Counted from the stretch's first letter, positions 1-9,682 are shown. The stretch: DNA of 64,000 nt from Dehalococcoidia bacterium (GCA_965220225.1 OZ244813.1:1891385-1955384), one strand, 5' to 3'. Made by a program: numbers and translations. The notes: generated from the letters alone by a model not told the origin.

Positions 1-1262
1 ACCGTCTCCTCGGGGCGCATCGTGAGTCCGGGCATGCCGCTCGCGAGCTCCTCGCCGCCGCGCACGAGGTTCTTGCGTCTCAGTTCGAGCGGTTCGACGC
101 CGAGGCGTCGGGCGATGACGTCCATGTGGGACTCGATGGCGAAGTTCGCCTGCACCGCACCTGGCCCGCGGAAGAAGCCGCCGGGGATGGTGTTGGTGTA
201 GACGTGGACGGCCTCGATGCGCGTGTGGGGGATGTGGTAGGGCCCGGCAGCGTGGCTCGCGCCGGGCAGATTGACGCCCGGTACAGGCTTGAAGCCGCCG
301 TAAGCGCCGCTGTTGAAGAGCAGGTGCGCCTCGTGGGCGGTGAGCGTGCCGTCGCGCTTCACGCCGGTGCGCATACGTACGACGCTGGGATGGCGCGGGT
401 TCGCCGCGGAGAACTCCTCGGCGAACGTCATGACGCTCTTGATCGGCCGGCCCGTCTTGCGGGCGAGGAAGTAGCAGACGGGGACGTCCATCGGCGAGCC
501 CTTGCCGCCGAAGTCGCCTCCGATGGTCGAGTGCCGGACGACGATGCGCTCAGGGTCGAGGCCGAGGGCATCGACGAGGTTCAGCTTCAGACGGTGGGGC
601 GCCTTGTTGGGCGCCCACACCTGCAACCGGTCGTCGTCATCGATCCAGACCACGCACGAATGGGGTTCGAGGTATGCTTGATGCGCGCGCTGCGTGGAGT
701 AGACGCCCTCGACGACGAGGTCTGCTTCGGCGAAGCCGCGTTCAGGGTCGCCTCGGCCCCACACGTCGCTGACGAAAGCGTTCGTGGGCTGGGGCAGGGG
801 CGCCGGCAGGCCGTCGTAGGTCTGCACGTCCGGGTGCAGCAGCGGGGCGCCGTCGGCGAGTGCGTCCTCGGGCTCCAGCACGGCAGGCAGCTCTTCGTAC
901 ACGACGTCGATCAGGTCAACGGCCCGCTGTGCGGTCTCGGCGTCGATGGCAGCGACGGCTGCGACGCGCTCGCCGGCGAACCGGACACGCTCACGAGCGA
1001 GTACCGGGACGTCGCGGAGCCGGCGCCCGTAGAGGACACCAGCGACATCGGCCCCGGTCAGGACCGCATGAACGCCGGGCAGCCCTTGCGCCCTGGACGT
1101 GTCGATGGAGACGATGCGTGCATGCGGGTAGGGGCTGCGGAGGGCCCTCATCCACAGCATGCCCGGCAGGTCGGTGTCGGCGGCGTACCGGGCCGCGCCC
1201 GTCGTCTTGGCGACGCCGTCGACGCGCGGGGCCGCTGTTCCGATCACATGGTAGGCCTGCAC
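1..1262 (-). CDS. xanthine dehydrogenase/aldehyde oxidase-family molybdopterin-binding subunit (N-terminal ~420 codons; C-terminus lies beyond the window start)
   Basis: My own minus-strand translation from GTG at 1262 (AGGAGGAGG just upstream) reads VQAYHVIGTAAPRVDGVAKTTGAARYAADT...LEPHSCVVW...STIGGDFGGKG... This is the typical N-terminus and motif set of this family. The frame stays open to position 1. It is absent from the ORF track because no stop lies inside the window. Confidence 0.75.
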   Translation of the reverse strand, partial: MQAYHVIGTAAPRVDGVAKTTGAARYAADTDLPGMLWMRALRSPYPHARIVSIDTSRAQGLPGVHAVLTGADVAGVLYGRRLRDVPVLARERVRFAGERVAAVAAIDAETAQRAVDLIDVVYEELPAVLEPEDALADGAPLLHPDVQTYDGLPAPLPQPTNAFVSDVWGRGDPERGFAEADLVVEGVYSTQRAHQAYLEPHSCVVWIDDDDRLQVWAPNKAPHRLKLNLVDALGLDPERIVVRHSTIGGDFGGKGSPMDVPVCYFLARKTGRPIKSVMTFAEEFSAANPRHPSVVRMRTGVKRDGTLTAHEAHLLFNSGAYGGFKPVPGVNLPGASHAAGPYHIPHTRIEAVHVYTNTIPGGFFRGPGAVQANFAIESHMDVIARRLGVEPLELRRKNLVRGGEELASGMPGLTMRPEET

Positions 1263-1324
1263 GCGGCCTCCTCCTGTTCGGCACCTGCCGCCCCGCTCCG
1301 GCGTGGGCGGCAGGTGGGCGGGGC

Positions 1325-1648
1325 CTAGTTCTTGCGGGGGCCGACCGAGACTTCGCCGTCGTCCACGCTCACGTCGTAGATGGGGAGCGGGATCTCAGCG
1401 GGAGGGGCAGTGACCTCGCCGGTAAGCACGTTGTACCGCGTGCCGTGGCAGTCGCACTCGATCTCGTCGTCCTCGTCCACCGCGCCATAGTAGAGGTCGC
1501 ACTCCTCGTGGGTGCACATGTTGTCGAAGGCGATGACCTCGCCCCGCAGTATCGTGAGGATGACCTGGTTCTCGCCGACCTGGACCACCTTCAGTTCGTT
1601 CTCGCTCACTTCGTCGCGGGACGCGACGCGTTCGTAGCCTTCCGGCAT
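1325..1648 (-). CDS. Rieske [2Fe-2S] ferredoxin-like protein (107 aa)
   Basis: This is the C-terminal part of track ORF 1325..2596(-). ATG at 1648 gives MPEGYERVAS... The Rieske ligand motifs are present (NMCTHEEC and CDCHGTRY). The long N-terminal extension in the track is Arg/Pro-rich shadow overlapping the SDR gene. Confidence 0.8.
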   Translation of the reverse strand: MPEGYERVASRDEVSENELKVVQVGENQVILTILRGEVIAFDNMCTHEECDLYYGAVDEDDEIECDCHGTRYNVLTGEVTAPPAEIPLPIYDVSVDDGEVSVGPRKN

Positions 1649-1707
1649 CTTGCACGCTCCTGTTGTTTGCTGTCTCCCTCTCAGGGGAGCCGGGTGAGAC
1701 GTTCCGC

Positions 1708-2451
1708 CTAGATAACGGAGCCGCCGCCGTCGTTCCGCAGGGTCTGCCCGTAGAGGTGGCGGGCTTCGTCGCTGGCGAGGAAGAGGGCGACGCTTGCCTG
1801 CTCTTCCGGGTAGCCTGCGCGGCCGCCGACGAGGTTGTTCGTCTGCCGGTCCTCCATCGCGATCATGCCTCCGACCTGTGAGCCGGTGATGCCCGGCGCG
1901 ATGGCGTTCGTACGGATACCGTACTGCGCCAGCTGCACCGCCATGTCCATCGTCAGCGTCACGATGGCGCCCTTGGCCATGTCGTAGGCGACACGCTGCT
2001 TGTTGCCGTTGAACGCGGAGCCGGACGAGAAGTTGACGATGGCCCCGCCGTCGCCCTGTTTCACCATCTGCTCCGCCACGTACTTGCACGTGAAGTAGGT
2101 GCCGTTCTGGGTCACCTCGATGATCTTCCGGTAGTCCTCGTCGTCCAGCTCCAGCATAGGCTTGCGGTCGGAGATGGCGGCGCAGTTCAGGAGGATGTCG
2201 ATGCGACCGTAGTGGTCGACAACCTTCGCGATCATGTTCTTTACGTCGTCGACCTTCTGCACCTCGCCGACGACGTACATGCACTCGCCACCCTGCTCCG
2301 CGACCTCCTCGGTCACGGCTGCAGCGCGGCTCTCCTCCATGTCGAAGATTGCAATCTTCGCGCCCTCGGATGCGAAGAGCTTGGAGGAGGCGCGGCCGAT
2401 GTTCCTGCCGCCTCCGACGATCACTGCGACCTTGCCGTCGAGCCTGCCCAT
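1708..2451 (-). CDS. short-chain dehydrogenase/reductase (SDR) family oxidoreductase
   Basis: 247 aa. N-terminal Rossmann motif KVAVIVGGGRNIG, NCAA segment and catalytic YDMAKGA (YxxxK). Confidence 0.9.
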   Translation of the reverse strand: MGRLDGKVAVIVGGGRNIGRASSKLFASEGAKIAIFDMEESRAAAVTEEVAEQGGECMYVVGEVQKVDDVKNMIAKVVDHYGRIDILLNCAAISDRKPMLELDDEDYRKIIEVTQNGTYFTCKYVAEQMVKQGDGGAIVNFSSGSAFNGNKQRVAYDMAKGAIVTLTMDMAVQLAQYGIRTNAIAPGITGSQVGGMIAMEDRQTNNLVGGRAGYPEEQASVALFLASDEARHLYGQTLRNDGGGSVI

Positions 2452-2551
2452 GTTGCACCTTCCCGGTTCTTGGTTGGGGCGCGCGCCGCGCCCGGCGGGA
2501 TTCTATGCGAACGCGGGGAGACGGGAAAGTGCGGATTGCAGGCAAGGGAAC

Positions 2552-2628
2552 TGGGGTGAGCGGAGGGAATCGAACCCTCGATCTCCAGGGCCACAACCTG
2601 GCGTCTTAACCCCTCGACCACGCCCACC
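2552..2628 (-). tRNA. tRNA-His (anticodon GTG) with encoded G-1 and CCA
   Basis: The reverse complement reads GGTGGGCG..CCAGG-TTGTGGC-CCTGG..GAGGGTTCGATTCCCTC-CGCTCAC-C-CCA. It has a 7-bp acceptor stem, the extra 5' G typical of tRNA-His, a GTG anticodon in a 7-nt loop and a canonical T-loop. Confidence 0.9.
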
Positions 2629-2780
2629 ACGGAATGTTGATTGTAGCAGAAGGCGAGCGCGGCGGCGGCGAAGCTGCGGCATTCCGCATGCTTGTCCGGT
2701 TCACTACGACCTCTTGTCGCTATACGATTTTCTCCCGTGGCGCGCGGCCGCATGGCCGAACGGGAACAGAGGAGAGGGGT

Positions 2781-3008
2781 ATGGCGAAGAATGCTGGGAT
2801 AAGCCAGTTTGTGACGTTACTTGCCCTCGTGATCGCTCCCGTAGGCATGTTCCTTACCTACAACGGCGTGAATGACCTGCGTGTCGTGACCGCAACGGTG
2901 TTCTCTGTGGCCTGGCTATCCTTGTGGATGCTCGCGTACTACAGGAAGTCGACCATGCAGCGCGTCCGTGCGCACGAGGACCTCGCCGCCGCCGATCCCC
3001 CTGAATAG
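2781..3008 (+). CDS. small membrane protein (75 aa), hypothetical
   Basis: Internal ATG of track ORF 2634..3008, preceded by GGAGAGGGG. Two hydrophobic helices (ISQFVTLLALVIAPVGMFL and VTATVFSVAWLSLWMLAYY). Confidence 0.45.
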   Translation: MAKNAGISQFVTLLALVIAPVGMFLTYNGVNDLRVVTATVFSVAWLSLWMLAYYRKSTMQRVRAHEDLAAADPPE

Positions 3009-3158
3009 CACGTCCTTCCCAGTCTGCGTTCCCCATCATGCGACACCGTCGCTCCCCGCCCGCCGTGAATGCCGGCGGCTCTTGCATGCCACATGCGGAA
3101 GCGGGGGGTATAGTCTGGGTGAACGCGGCAGAACGGCAAGCGCGAAGGGAGAGGGCCG

Positions 3159-3944
3159 ATGTCCGAAGAAGTGAAACGGTTCAAGTATCCCGGCCCCGGG
3201 GACCCGGGTGCACGCGACCGCGGCCCCACGAGAGGACGTTCGTACGACCTGCTCTCCAACCACCTCGTCATCAGCACCGTTCAGGTCATGGAGAAGGGGC
3301 AGACCACCGGGCTCCACCATCACGACGACCAGGACGGCTACTGGATGGTGCTCGCCGGTAGGGCGCGTTTCACCGGCGAGGGCGACGCACACTACGGCGA
3401 CCTCGGCCCGATGGACGGCATCTTCATGCCCCGCTACAACCGTTATTCGTTCGAGAGCATCGACGACGAGCCGTTGCAGATACTGCGCGTCAGCCAACTG
3501 CGGCCGGTGGAAGGGAAGGCCCAGGCGAGAGAACGGGACGTACGGAACGAGGCGAAGCGGTTCAGCTACCCTGGCGCCGCAGACCCCGGCGCGCGGGACA
3601 GAGGTCCCGACAAGGGGCGCTCGTACGACCTGCTCTACAACGACAGCATGGTAAGTACCGTCCAGATCATGCAGAAGGGGCAGGGCAACGCGCTCCACTA
3701 CCACAACGACCAGGACGGCTACTGGATGGTGCTCGCGGGGAAGGCGCGTTACTTCGGCGAAGGCGATACGCACTTCGGGGACCTCAGCCAGGCGGAGGGC
3801 ATCTACACGCCGCGCTACACGCGCTACGGGTTCGAGTGCATCAGCGACGAGCCGCTGCAGATACTCCGCGTGAGCCAACTGCGGCCGATTGAGGGGAGGC
3901 CTCGTCCGAAGGGACGAGGGTCGCCCGGCATCGCCGTAACGTAG
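3159..3944 (+). CDS. bicupin protein (two tandem cupin domains), function unknown
   Basis: 261 aa. The two halves align closely (KRFKYPGPGDPGARDRGPTRGRSYDLL...GLHHHDDQDGYWMVLAGRARFTGEGD... versus KRFSYPGAADPGARDRGPDKGRSYDLL...ALHYHNDQDGYWMVLAGKARYFGEGD...). Each half has a cupin-like H-x-H...G motif. Confidence 0.75.
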   Translation: MSEEVKRFKYPGPGDPGARDRGPTRGRSYDLLSNHLVISTVQVMEKGQTTGLHHHDDQDGYWMVLAGRARFTGEGDAHYGDLGPMDGIFMPRYNRYSFESIDDEPLQILRVSQLRPVEGKAQARERDVRNEAKRFSYPGAADPGARDRGPDKGRSYDLLYNDSMVSTVQIMQKGQGNALHYHNDQDGYWMVLAGKARYFGEGDTHFGDLSQAEGIYTPRYTRYGFECISDEPLQILRVSQLRPIEGRPRPKGRGSPGIAVT

Positions 3945-3956
3945 GGAGCATCCGCG

Positions 3957-5483
3957 CTAGGAGGCGGCTCCGGCTAGGTCCTCCACGAGGCGTACGAGCG
4001 TGCGGGTGGGGACGCCCGTCGCGCCCTTGACGACGTGGCCGGCGGCGCGCTCCGACATGAACGTTCCCGCGATGTCCAGGTGCGCCCACTCGACGCCGTC
4101 CGTGAACTCGCCGATGAACAGCGCCGCCGTGATGCTCCCTGCCGGGCGTCCGCCCGTATTCTTGACGTCCGCGTAGTCGGAGCGGTTCTGCCGCTTGTAC
4201 TCCTCGAACAGGGGCAACTGCCACATCTTCTCGCCCGTTGCCTTCGACGCCGAGAGCACCGAGTCCACGAGCTCCTGCGATGTCCCCATGACACCACTCG
4301 CGACGTGCCCGAGCGCGACAACGACCGCACCGGTGAGCGTCGCGATGTCGACCACGCGGCGCGCCTTCTTGACCTCCTTGATGTAGCAGATGGCGTCGGC
4401 CAGGATCAGGCGCCCCTCAGCGTCCGTGTTGTCGACCTCGATCGTCTTGCCATTCATGGCGCGGATGATGTCGCCCGGGCGCTGGGCAGTCCCGGAGGGC
4501 ATGTTCTCGACCGCAGGCACGACGCCGAAGACGTTGATCTTCGGTTTGAGGGCCGCGATGCCCTTCATCGCGCCGATGACCGACGCCCCGCCGCTCATGT
4601 CGCCCTTCATCTCCCACATGCTGGCCGCGGGCTTGATGGAGATGCCACCGGAGTCGAACGTGATGCCCTTGCCCACGATGGCGACGTTGTTCTCGGGGTG
4701 CTCCGGGTCGCCTGCGTACTCCATGATGATGAGGCGCGGCTCATTCGCGCTGCCCTGCGTCACGGCCAGCATCGCGCCCATGCCGCGCTCCATCATGTCC
4801 TCGCGCCCCAACACGGTGATGGGAAGGCCGGCGTCGTTCGCCACGTCGGTCGCGACCTCGGCCATGCGAGTGGGGTTCACGACGTTAGCAGGCTCGTTGA
4901 CGAGGTCGCGTGCAACGATGGCGCACTCGGCGAGGAGCGTGCCTTTGGCGGCGCCGGCGGCGAGCGTCTGGACGCGGTGCTCGTCGCGCTCGACGATGAC
5001 GAGGTCGTCGAGGGACTTGGCGTCGTCACTGCCGTTCGACGATGAGCGGTAGCGCTTGAACTCGTAGAGGCCGAGCACCGTGCCCTCCGCCATGGCCTGC
5101 GCCGATTCGCCCGCGTCCAACCCACCGATGCCCGCGCCATGCGCGATGGCCGCGGCGCGCTTCGCGCCCAGTTGCCGGAGGCGGCGCGCTAAGCCGCCGG
5201 AGACCGAACGGACCACGTCCGTGTTGAAGCGCTCCCGCTTGCCGAGTCCGGCAACCACGACCCGCTTGGCGGGCAGTCTGCCGAACGTATGGATGGTGGC
5301 GGTCTCACCCTGCTTACCGGCGATCTCCTTGTCCGCGATGAGTGCGGAGATCGCGCCGTCCAGGGCCGCGTCGACCGCGCCTGTCCCGCCCCCCGGCGAG
5401 GTCACTCCCTCGAACAGGTTGACGACGATGGCGTCTGCGTCGTACCGGGTGATATCGCCTTGCTCAACTCGCACGGTGGTCAT
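3957..5483 (-). CDS. pepA: leucyl aminopeptidase (M17 family)
   Basis: 508 aa. M17 hallmarks VGKGITFDSGGISIKP and NTDAEGRLILADA. Confidence 0.95.
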   Translation of the reverse strand: MTTVRVEQGDITRYDADAIVVNLFEGVTSPGGGTGAVDAALDGAISALIADKEIAGKQGETATIHTFGRLPAKRVVVAGLGKRERFNTDVVRSVSGGLARRLRQLGAKRAAAIAHGAGIGGLDAGESAQAMAEGTVLGLYEFKRYRSSSNGSDDAKSLDDLVIVERDEHRVQTLAAGAAKGTLLAECAIVARDLVNEPANVVNPTRMAEVATDVANDAGLPITVLGREDMMERGMGAMLAVTQGSANEPRLIIMEYAGDPEHPENNVAIVGKGITFDSGGISIKPAASMWEMKGDMSGGASVIGAMKGIAALKPKINVFGVVPAVENMPSGTAQRPGDIIRAMNGKTIEVDNTDAEGRLILADAICYIKEVKKARRVVDIATLTGAVVVALGHVASGVMGTSQELVDSVLSASKATGEKMWQLPLFEEYKRQNRSDYADVKNTGGRPAGSITAALFIGEFTDGVEWAHLDIAGTFMSERAAGHVVKGATGVPTRTLVRLVEDLAGAAS

Positions 5484-5586
5484 GTCGCGGTGCCTCGTTT
5501 CCCAGGAGTCGCGTTAGCGTACCACAGGGGGCGGTGAGGATTGCGGGCACACACCCCGCGCTCCGCCCCAGGGGCCCTCACCCTAA

Positions 5587-5606
5587 CCCTCTCCCGAGGG
5601 AGAGGG
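5587..5606 (-). terminator. short GC hairpin just downstream of degV (weak terminator candidate)
   Basis: CCCTCTCC-CGAG-GGAGAGGG lies a few nt after the degV stop. There is no clear U-tract. Confidence 0.3.
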
Positions 5607-5612
5607 AATCCA

Positions 5613-6467
5613 TCAGTCTAGGGTGTGGAAGGCGCAGCCGACGAGCCCGGGGCCGGTGTGCGCCCCGATGGCGGGCGTGAACTCGGTGATGAAGAGTTCT
5701 TCGATCTGCAGTCGCGCCTGGAGTTGCTCTGCGAGCATCTCGGCCTTCTCCGGCTCAGCGGCGTGCATGACGGCAGCACGCGTGGGACGTCCGCCGGTGC
5801 GCTCAGCGGCGATAGCAGTGAGCCGCGCGAGCGCCTTCGCCTCGGTGCGTGGGCGTTCCACCATGCCGATGCGTCCGGCCGAGAGCTGGAGGATGGGCTT
5901 GAGATTGAGGACGCTCCCCATCCACATGAAGAGCCGGGGGACCCGCCCGCCGCGCCAGAGGTAGTAGAGCGTGTTGAGGTAGCCGATGAAGTGGGTGTCG
6001 CCGACGCGCTGCTCCGTGCGCGCAAGCACGTCGCCGGCGGACGCTCCCGAGGCGGCGAGCCGCGCGGCGTCGAGTGCGATGAGTCCCTGCGCCGCGCCTG
6101 CGCTCCGTGAGTCGACCAGCGATACGCGCAGGTGGGGCAGCTGCGTTCCGGCGAGCCGCACGGCCTCCTCAGCTGCGCTGTGCGCTGCGCTCAACTCCGT
6201 GGAGAGCGTAATGCAGATGACCTCGTCTGCAACCCCGCCCGCGCGCCTGATGGCGTCGAGGAACGCACCCGGGGATGGAGCCGCAGTCGTTGGCAGTTCA
6301 GCGCTCGTCCGCAGAAGTTCGTAGAACTCAGCGGGAGCGATGTCGACGCCATCGGCGTAAACGCGTCCGCCGACACGGACCTCCAATGGCGCGAAGAAGA
6401 GTGGCAGCCCGCGCGTGATGTCCGCAGGGAGGGATACGTTGGAGTCGGAGACGACGGCTGTGGACAT
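5613..6467 (-). CDS. DegV-family fatty-acid-binding protein
   Basis: 284 aa. N-terminus MSTAVVSDSNVSLP.. and overall DegV-like layout, with the typical length. Confidence 0.85.
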   Translation of the reverse strand: MSTAVVSDSNVSLPADITRGLPLFFAPLEVRVGGRVYADGVDIAPAEFYELLRTSAELPTTAAPSPGAFLDAIRRAGGVADEVICITLSTELSAAHSAAEEAVRLAGTQLPHLRVSLVDSRSAGAAQGLIALDAARLAASGASAGDVLARTEQRVGDTHFIGYLNTLYYLWRGGRVPRLFMWMGSVLNLKPILQLSAGRIGMVERPRTEAKALARLTAIAAERTGGRPTRAAVMHAAEPEKAEMLAEQLQARLQIEELFITEFTPAIGAHTGPGLVGCAFHTLD

Positions 6468-6519
6468 AAGCGTCCGGCATTATAGGACGAGGCGTGCGCG
6501 TCCGTGGCGCGGGCGAGGA

Positions 6520-6786
6520 TCAGCCGAGGCTGCGGATGAGGATGCGCAGGAACGCGATCAGGAAGATCGCCGCGAGCGGGGTCAGATCGAGCATACCGGT
6601 GTTCGGAATGACTCGGCGGAGCGGGCGGTACAGCGGCTCCAGCGCCAGACCTATGCTCTGGTAGAGGCGTATGACCGTGTCGCTCCGTACCCCGGCCATG
6701 ATGAGCCAGGAGAGGATGGCATGAGCGAGTATCGCCAGCAGGAGGAGGAGAAGGATAGTGTCGGCCAGGGATGAGATAGCGTTCAT
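6520..6786 (-). CDS. YggT-family membrane protein
   Basis: 88 aa with two hydrophobic helices and a conserved YRPLRRVIP-type segment. Its ATG overlaps the proC stop (ATGA), the usual proC-yggT linkage. Confidence 0.8.
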   Translation of the reverse strand: MNAISSLADTILLLLLLAILAHAILSWLIMAGVRSDTVIRLYQSIGLALEPLYRPLRRVIPNTGMLDLTPLAAIFLIAFLRILIRSLG

Positions 6787-7586
6787 CTGCCCCCCAGTTC
6801 TCGCGAACGATGGAATGCTGCGGCGACGGCGTCGATGAGTGCGCTCTTGAAGCCCTTGCGCTCCAGTTCCCGCAACGCCGCTGCAGTGGTGCCCCCGGGT
6901 GACGTGACCCGCTCCCGCAGAATGGCAGGCGGTTCCCCGGACTCGCTGGCGAGTCGCGCGGAGCCGAGAGCGGTCTCGATGGCGAGCGTCTGCGCCATGT
7001 CGCGCGGCATGCCGACGAACACGCCGGCCTCTGTCAGCGCCTCGATGAACGCGAAGACGTAAGCAGGCCCGCTACCGGAGACGGCGGTCGCCATGTCGAG
7101 GTAGTCCTCGCTGTCCACGCGCCACTCGCGCCCCAGCGTGCCGAGCAGCGACGCAGCAGCTTCACGAGCAGCGTCCGGTACAGTGGGTGTCGTGGTCCAG
7201 ACCGACATGCCCGAACCGATCTGGGCGGGTGTGTTCGGCATCACGCGGATAATGCGGTCGTGGTCCAGTCCGTTGCTGAGCGAGCCTATCGTTACGCCTG
7301 CGGCGATGGAGAGCACGGTCTGCTCGGCATCGAGTTTCCCACGCAGGTCGTCATAGACGTGGGCGATGTGTTGCGGCTTGACCGCCACGACGACGACCTC
7401 GGCCCCCTTGACCGCGGGGACGTTCTCTTCGTGCACGGCGACGCCATAGCGCTCCGCGAGCTCGTCCCGCCGGGCGGAGACCGGCTCACCGACGCTGACG
7501 TCGTGCACAGCGCACAGCCCGGAGGCGATAGCCCTGCTGAGCATCGCCTCTGCCATCACGCCCCCGCCTGCGAACCCGACGCGCAC
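6783..7586 (-). CDS. proC: pyrroline-5-carboxylate reductase
   Basis: The track ORF runs 6783..7640. I place the start at GTG 7586 (VRVGFAGGGVMAEAM..., the NAD-binding GxGxxG N-terminus) because AAGGAG sits 9 nt upstream. The C-terminal SPGGTTAAAL motif is present. Confidence 0.9.
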   Translation of the reverse strand: MRVGFAGGGVMAEAMLSRAIASGLCAVHDVSVGEPVSARRDELAERYGVAVHEENVPAVKGAEVVVVAVKPQHIAHVYDDLRGKLDAEQTVLSIAAGVTIGSLSNGLDHDRIIRVMPNTPAQIGSGMSVWTTTPTVPDAAREAAASLLGTLGREWRVDSEDYLDMATAVSGSGPAYVFAFIEALTEAGVFVGMPRDMAQTLAIETALGSARLASESGEPPAILRERVTSPGGTTAAALRELERKGFKSALIDAVAAAFHRSRELGGR

Positions 7587-7689
7587 GGCGCTCTGCTCCT
7601 TGTACAACGAAGCGCCAGCGCGATGTTCGTGCCGGCGCATGCGGAGAGTATAGCACCGGGGAGCGTGGGAAAAGGATGTGGGGGAGTGG

Positions 7690-8709
7690 TCAGGGCTGGC
7701 GCGGAGAGGGAAGCCGACCGGTGCGCGAGACCTCCGCGGCGTAGCGAACAGCCTCGATCATGCCGGTCGCGTCGGCGATGCCCTTGCCGGCGATATCGAA
7801 AGCCGTCCCATGGTCGACAGAGGTGCGGAGGAACGGCAGGCCGATGTTGAGCGTGATGCTCGCCGCCCAGTCGTGCACCTTGACCGCGATATGGCCCTGG
7901 TCGTGATACATGGCGAGCACGGCGTCGTACTGCCCGTCGATAGCCTGCCCGAAGACGGAGTCCGCAGGAATGGGCCCCGCAGCGGCGATCCCTTCGGCGT
8001 TCGCGTCTTCGACGGCGGGCCGTATCTCCTCGATCTCCTCCGTTCCAATGAGCCCGGCTTCGCCTCCATGCGGGTTCAGCGCTGCGACCCCTATGCGTGG
8101 TGCCGGAACGCCGCGGGCAGAGAAGAAAGCATGCGTCAGGCGCAGGGCTTCCAGTACGCGTTCGCGGGTGACATAGAGCGCAGCATCCCGGAGCGGGTGG
8201 TGCGTTGTGAGGTGCACCACGTTGAGGCCGTTCGTGAGCAGCATCGTAAGCACACGCGGCACCCCGGCGAGGTGCTGGTAGATCTCCTGGTGGCCGAAGT
8301 CTTGGTGCCCTGCGAGCCGGGCGGCCTCCTTGCTGATGGGAGCGGTGGCGATGGCATCCACACTGCCTTCCATCGCAAGGCGTGCTGCCGCAGATGCCCA
8401 TTCGACCGCGGCGGTCCCGGCGCGCGGGGACGTTACGCCGTAGGGCAGGGCGGCCAGCCCGTCGTCGTCATGCGGCGAGATGACGCTCACGCGTCCCGGG
8501 TCTCGCGGGGCATCAGGTCCGCTGACGGTCCGAGAGCGGAGTTCGCTGCCGATGAGGTCAAAGGCCCGATCGAGTACGTTGGGCGAGCCGACGACGAACA
8601 CCGAGGTGTCCTCGTGGATGTCAGGCCGAGTGAGGGCTTTGGCGACGACTTCCGGGCCGATACCGGTGGGGTCGCCGAGGGTTATCGCTATGCGTGGGCG
8701 TGCGTTCAT
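7690..8709 (-). CDS. pdxA: 4-hydroxythreonine-4-phosphate dehydrogenase
   Basis: MNARPRIAITLGDPTGIGPEV... and HGTAFDIAGKGIA motifs. An alternative upstream ATG at 8736 is possible. Confidence 0.9.
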   Translation of the reverse strand: MNARPRIAITLGDPTGIGPEVVAKALTRPDIHEDTSVFVVGSPNVLDRAFDLIGSELRSRTVSGPDAPRDPGRVSVISPHDDDGLAALPYGVTSPRAGTAAVEWASAAARLAMEGSVDAIATAPISKEAARLAGHQDFGHQEIYQHLAGVPRVLTMLLTNGLNVVHLTTHHPLRDAALYVTRERVLEALRLTHAFFSARGVPAPRIGVAALNPHGGEAGLIGTEEIEEIRPAVEDANAEGIAAAGPIPADSVFGQAIDGQYDAVLAMYHDQGHIAVKVHDWAASITLNIGLPFLRTSVDHGTAFDIAGKGIADATGMIEAVRYAAEVSRTGRLPSPRQP

Positions 8710-8939
8710 GCTCCGGTGTCCCTGCGGGGGTCGCATGGATTATAGCGGCTTAAACAGGGCGGGCCCCGCGGGATACTTCCCAACGGGGCCCGATGGCCCG
8801 CTCCCGTGGCGCGTCGAGAGGGGCCTGCGGAGGAGGGAGACGTGGAAGAGCGCAGGGGAGCGCGCACTTCCGGTCGCCCCAGCCCGAGGGCTGAGGCTCG
8901 TAAGTGGTGGTAATCGCTGTCCGAGGTGGTGGGAACGGT

Positions 8940-9527
8940 CTAGCTGGCGGTGGCGGCGCTGCCGTTGAGCGGCTGCGTCATGCTGGGTCTCCGGCCTCGC
9001 CTTCCGGAGCGTTTGTCGGGAACAGCGAACTCGTTGGGTATGAGGGAGAGCTGGCTGACTTCCTGCTCCGATGGAGAGCCGCCCGTGGCCTGGTATTCGC
9101 GGATCTCTTCGATGAACCCGTCGAGGGTATTGAAGTCGCGGTAGACGCTGGCGTAGCGAACGTAGGCGACGGGGTCGAGTTGGCGCAGACGCTCGAGGGT
9201 CAGATCTCCGATGACAGAAGCGGGGACTTCGGCCTTGCCGAGCTCTTGGAGGTCGTTCTCGATCTCGCCGGCGAGCTTCTCGATAGCTCCTGTAGGGAGC
9301 GGCCGTTTGGTACAGGCGAGCCGGATGCTGCGGAGCAACTTCTGCGGGTCGAACTCGTCGCGACGGCCGTCGCGCTTGACGACCTGGAGTGTGGCGTGCT
9401 GTATGCGCTCGTAGGTGGTGAAGCGCACTCCACAGCGACCGCACTCCCTGCGCCGACGGATGTCCTGACCCGTATCCCGGGAGTCAGTGACTCTCGTGTT
9501 GGGGTCTCCGCAGTTTGGACAGTGCAT
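8940..9527 (-). CDS. nrdR: transcriptional repressor NrdR (zinc ribbon + ATP-cone) with a ~40-aa C-terminal extension
   Basis: MHCPNCGDPNTRVTDSRDTGQDIRRRRECGRCGVRFTTYERI... is the canonical NrdR N-terminus. Confidence 0.95.
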   Translation of the reverse strand: MHCPNCGDPNTRVTDSRDTGQDIRRRRECGRCGVRFTTYERIQHATLQVVKRDGRRDEFDPQKLLRSIRLACTKRPLPTGAIEKLAGEIENDLQELGKAEVPASVIGDLTLERLRQLDPVAYVRYASVYRDFNTLDGFIEEIREYQATGGSPSEQEVSQLSLIPNEFAVPDKRSGRRGRRPSMTQPLNGSAATAS

Positions 9528-9653
9528 GGTGAACCCACTTTGCGGGTATCGTCCGGAGCGCCCCAGCGGAGGCTCCTGCCAACCCTGGACAACAATATAG
9601 GGGATTTTAATGTGCGAGGGCTACCACATAAAGCCCTTTTGACTGACAGCGGT

Positions 9654-9682
9654 ATTGTTTTTCAATGTTCGCCGAAAGTCAA
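9654..9682 (-). promoter_or_regulatory. candidate sigma70-type promoter for nrdR
   Basis: On the minus strand: TTGACT (9682-9677), a 17-nt spacer, then AACAAT (9659-9654). It lies in an AT-richer 370-nt gap. Pattern match only. Confidence 0.35.

Noticed and set aside
126-1328. Long plus-strand ORF (400 aa), and similar long ORFs opposite pepA, pdxA, ftsZ/ftsA, the lactate permease, the MMPL gene and others.
   Set aside because: They are Arg/Ala/Gly/Pro-rich shadow frames typical of GC-rich DNA. They lie antisense to or overlap genes with clear family motifs, and they lack RBSs.
1325-5483. Genome-wide reassignment of TAG as the explanation for the in-frame TAGs.
   Set aside because: The Rieske, SDR and pepA genes, and several intact island genes, end at TAG exactly where their families normally end. 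TAG is therefore a normal stop in this organism.
9528-9640. NrdR-box-like AT-rich strings (for example CCCTATATTGTTGT) upstream of nrdR, suggesting autoregulation.
   Set aside because: Only partial half-site resemblance from memory. There is no clear 16-bp palindrome and no properly spaced pair.
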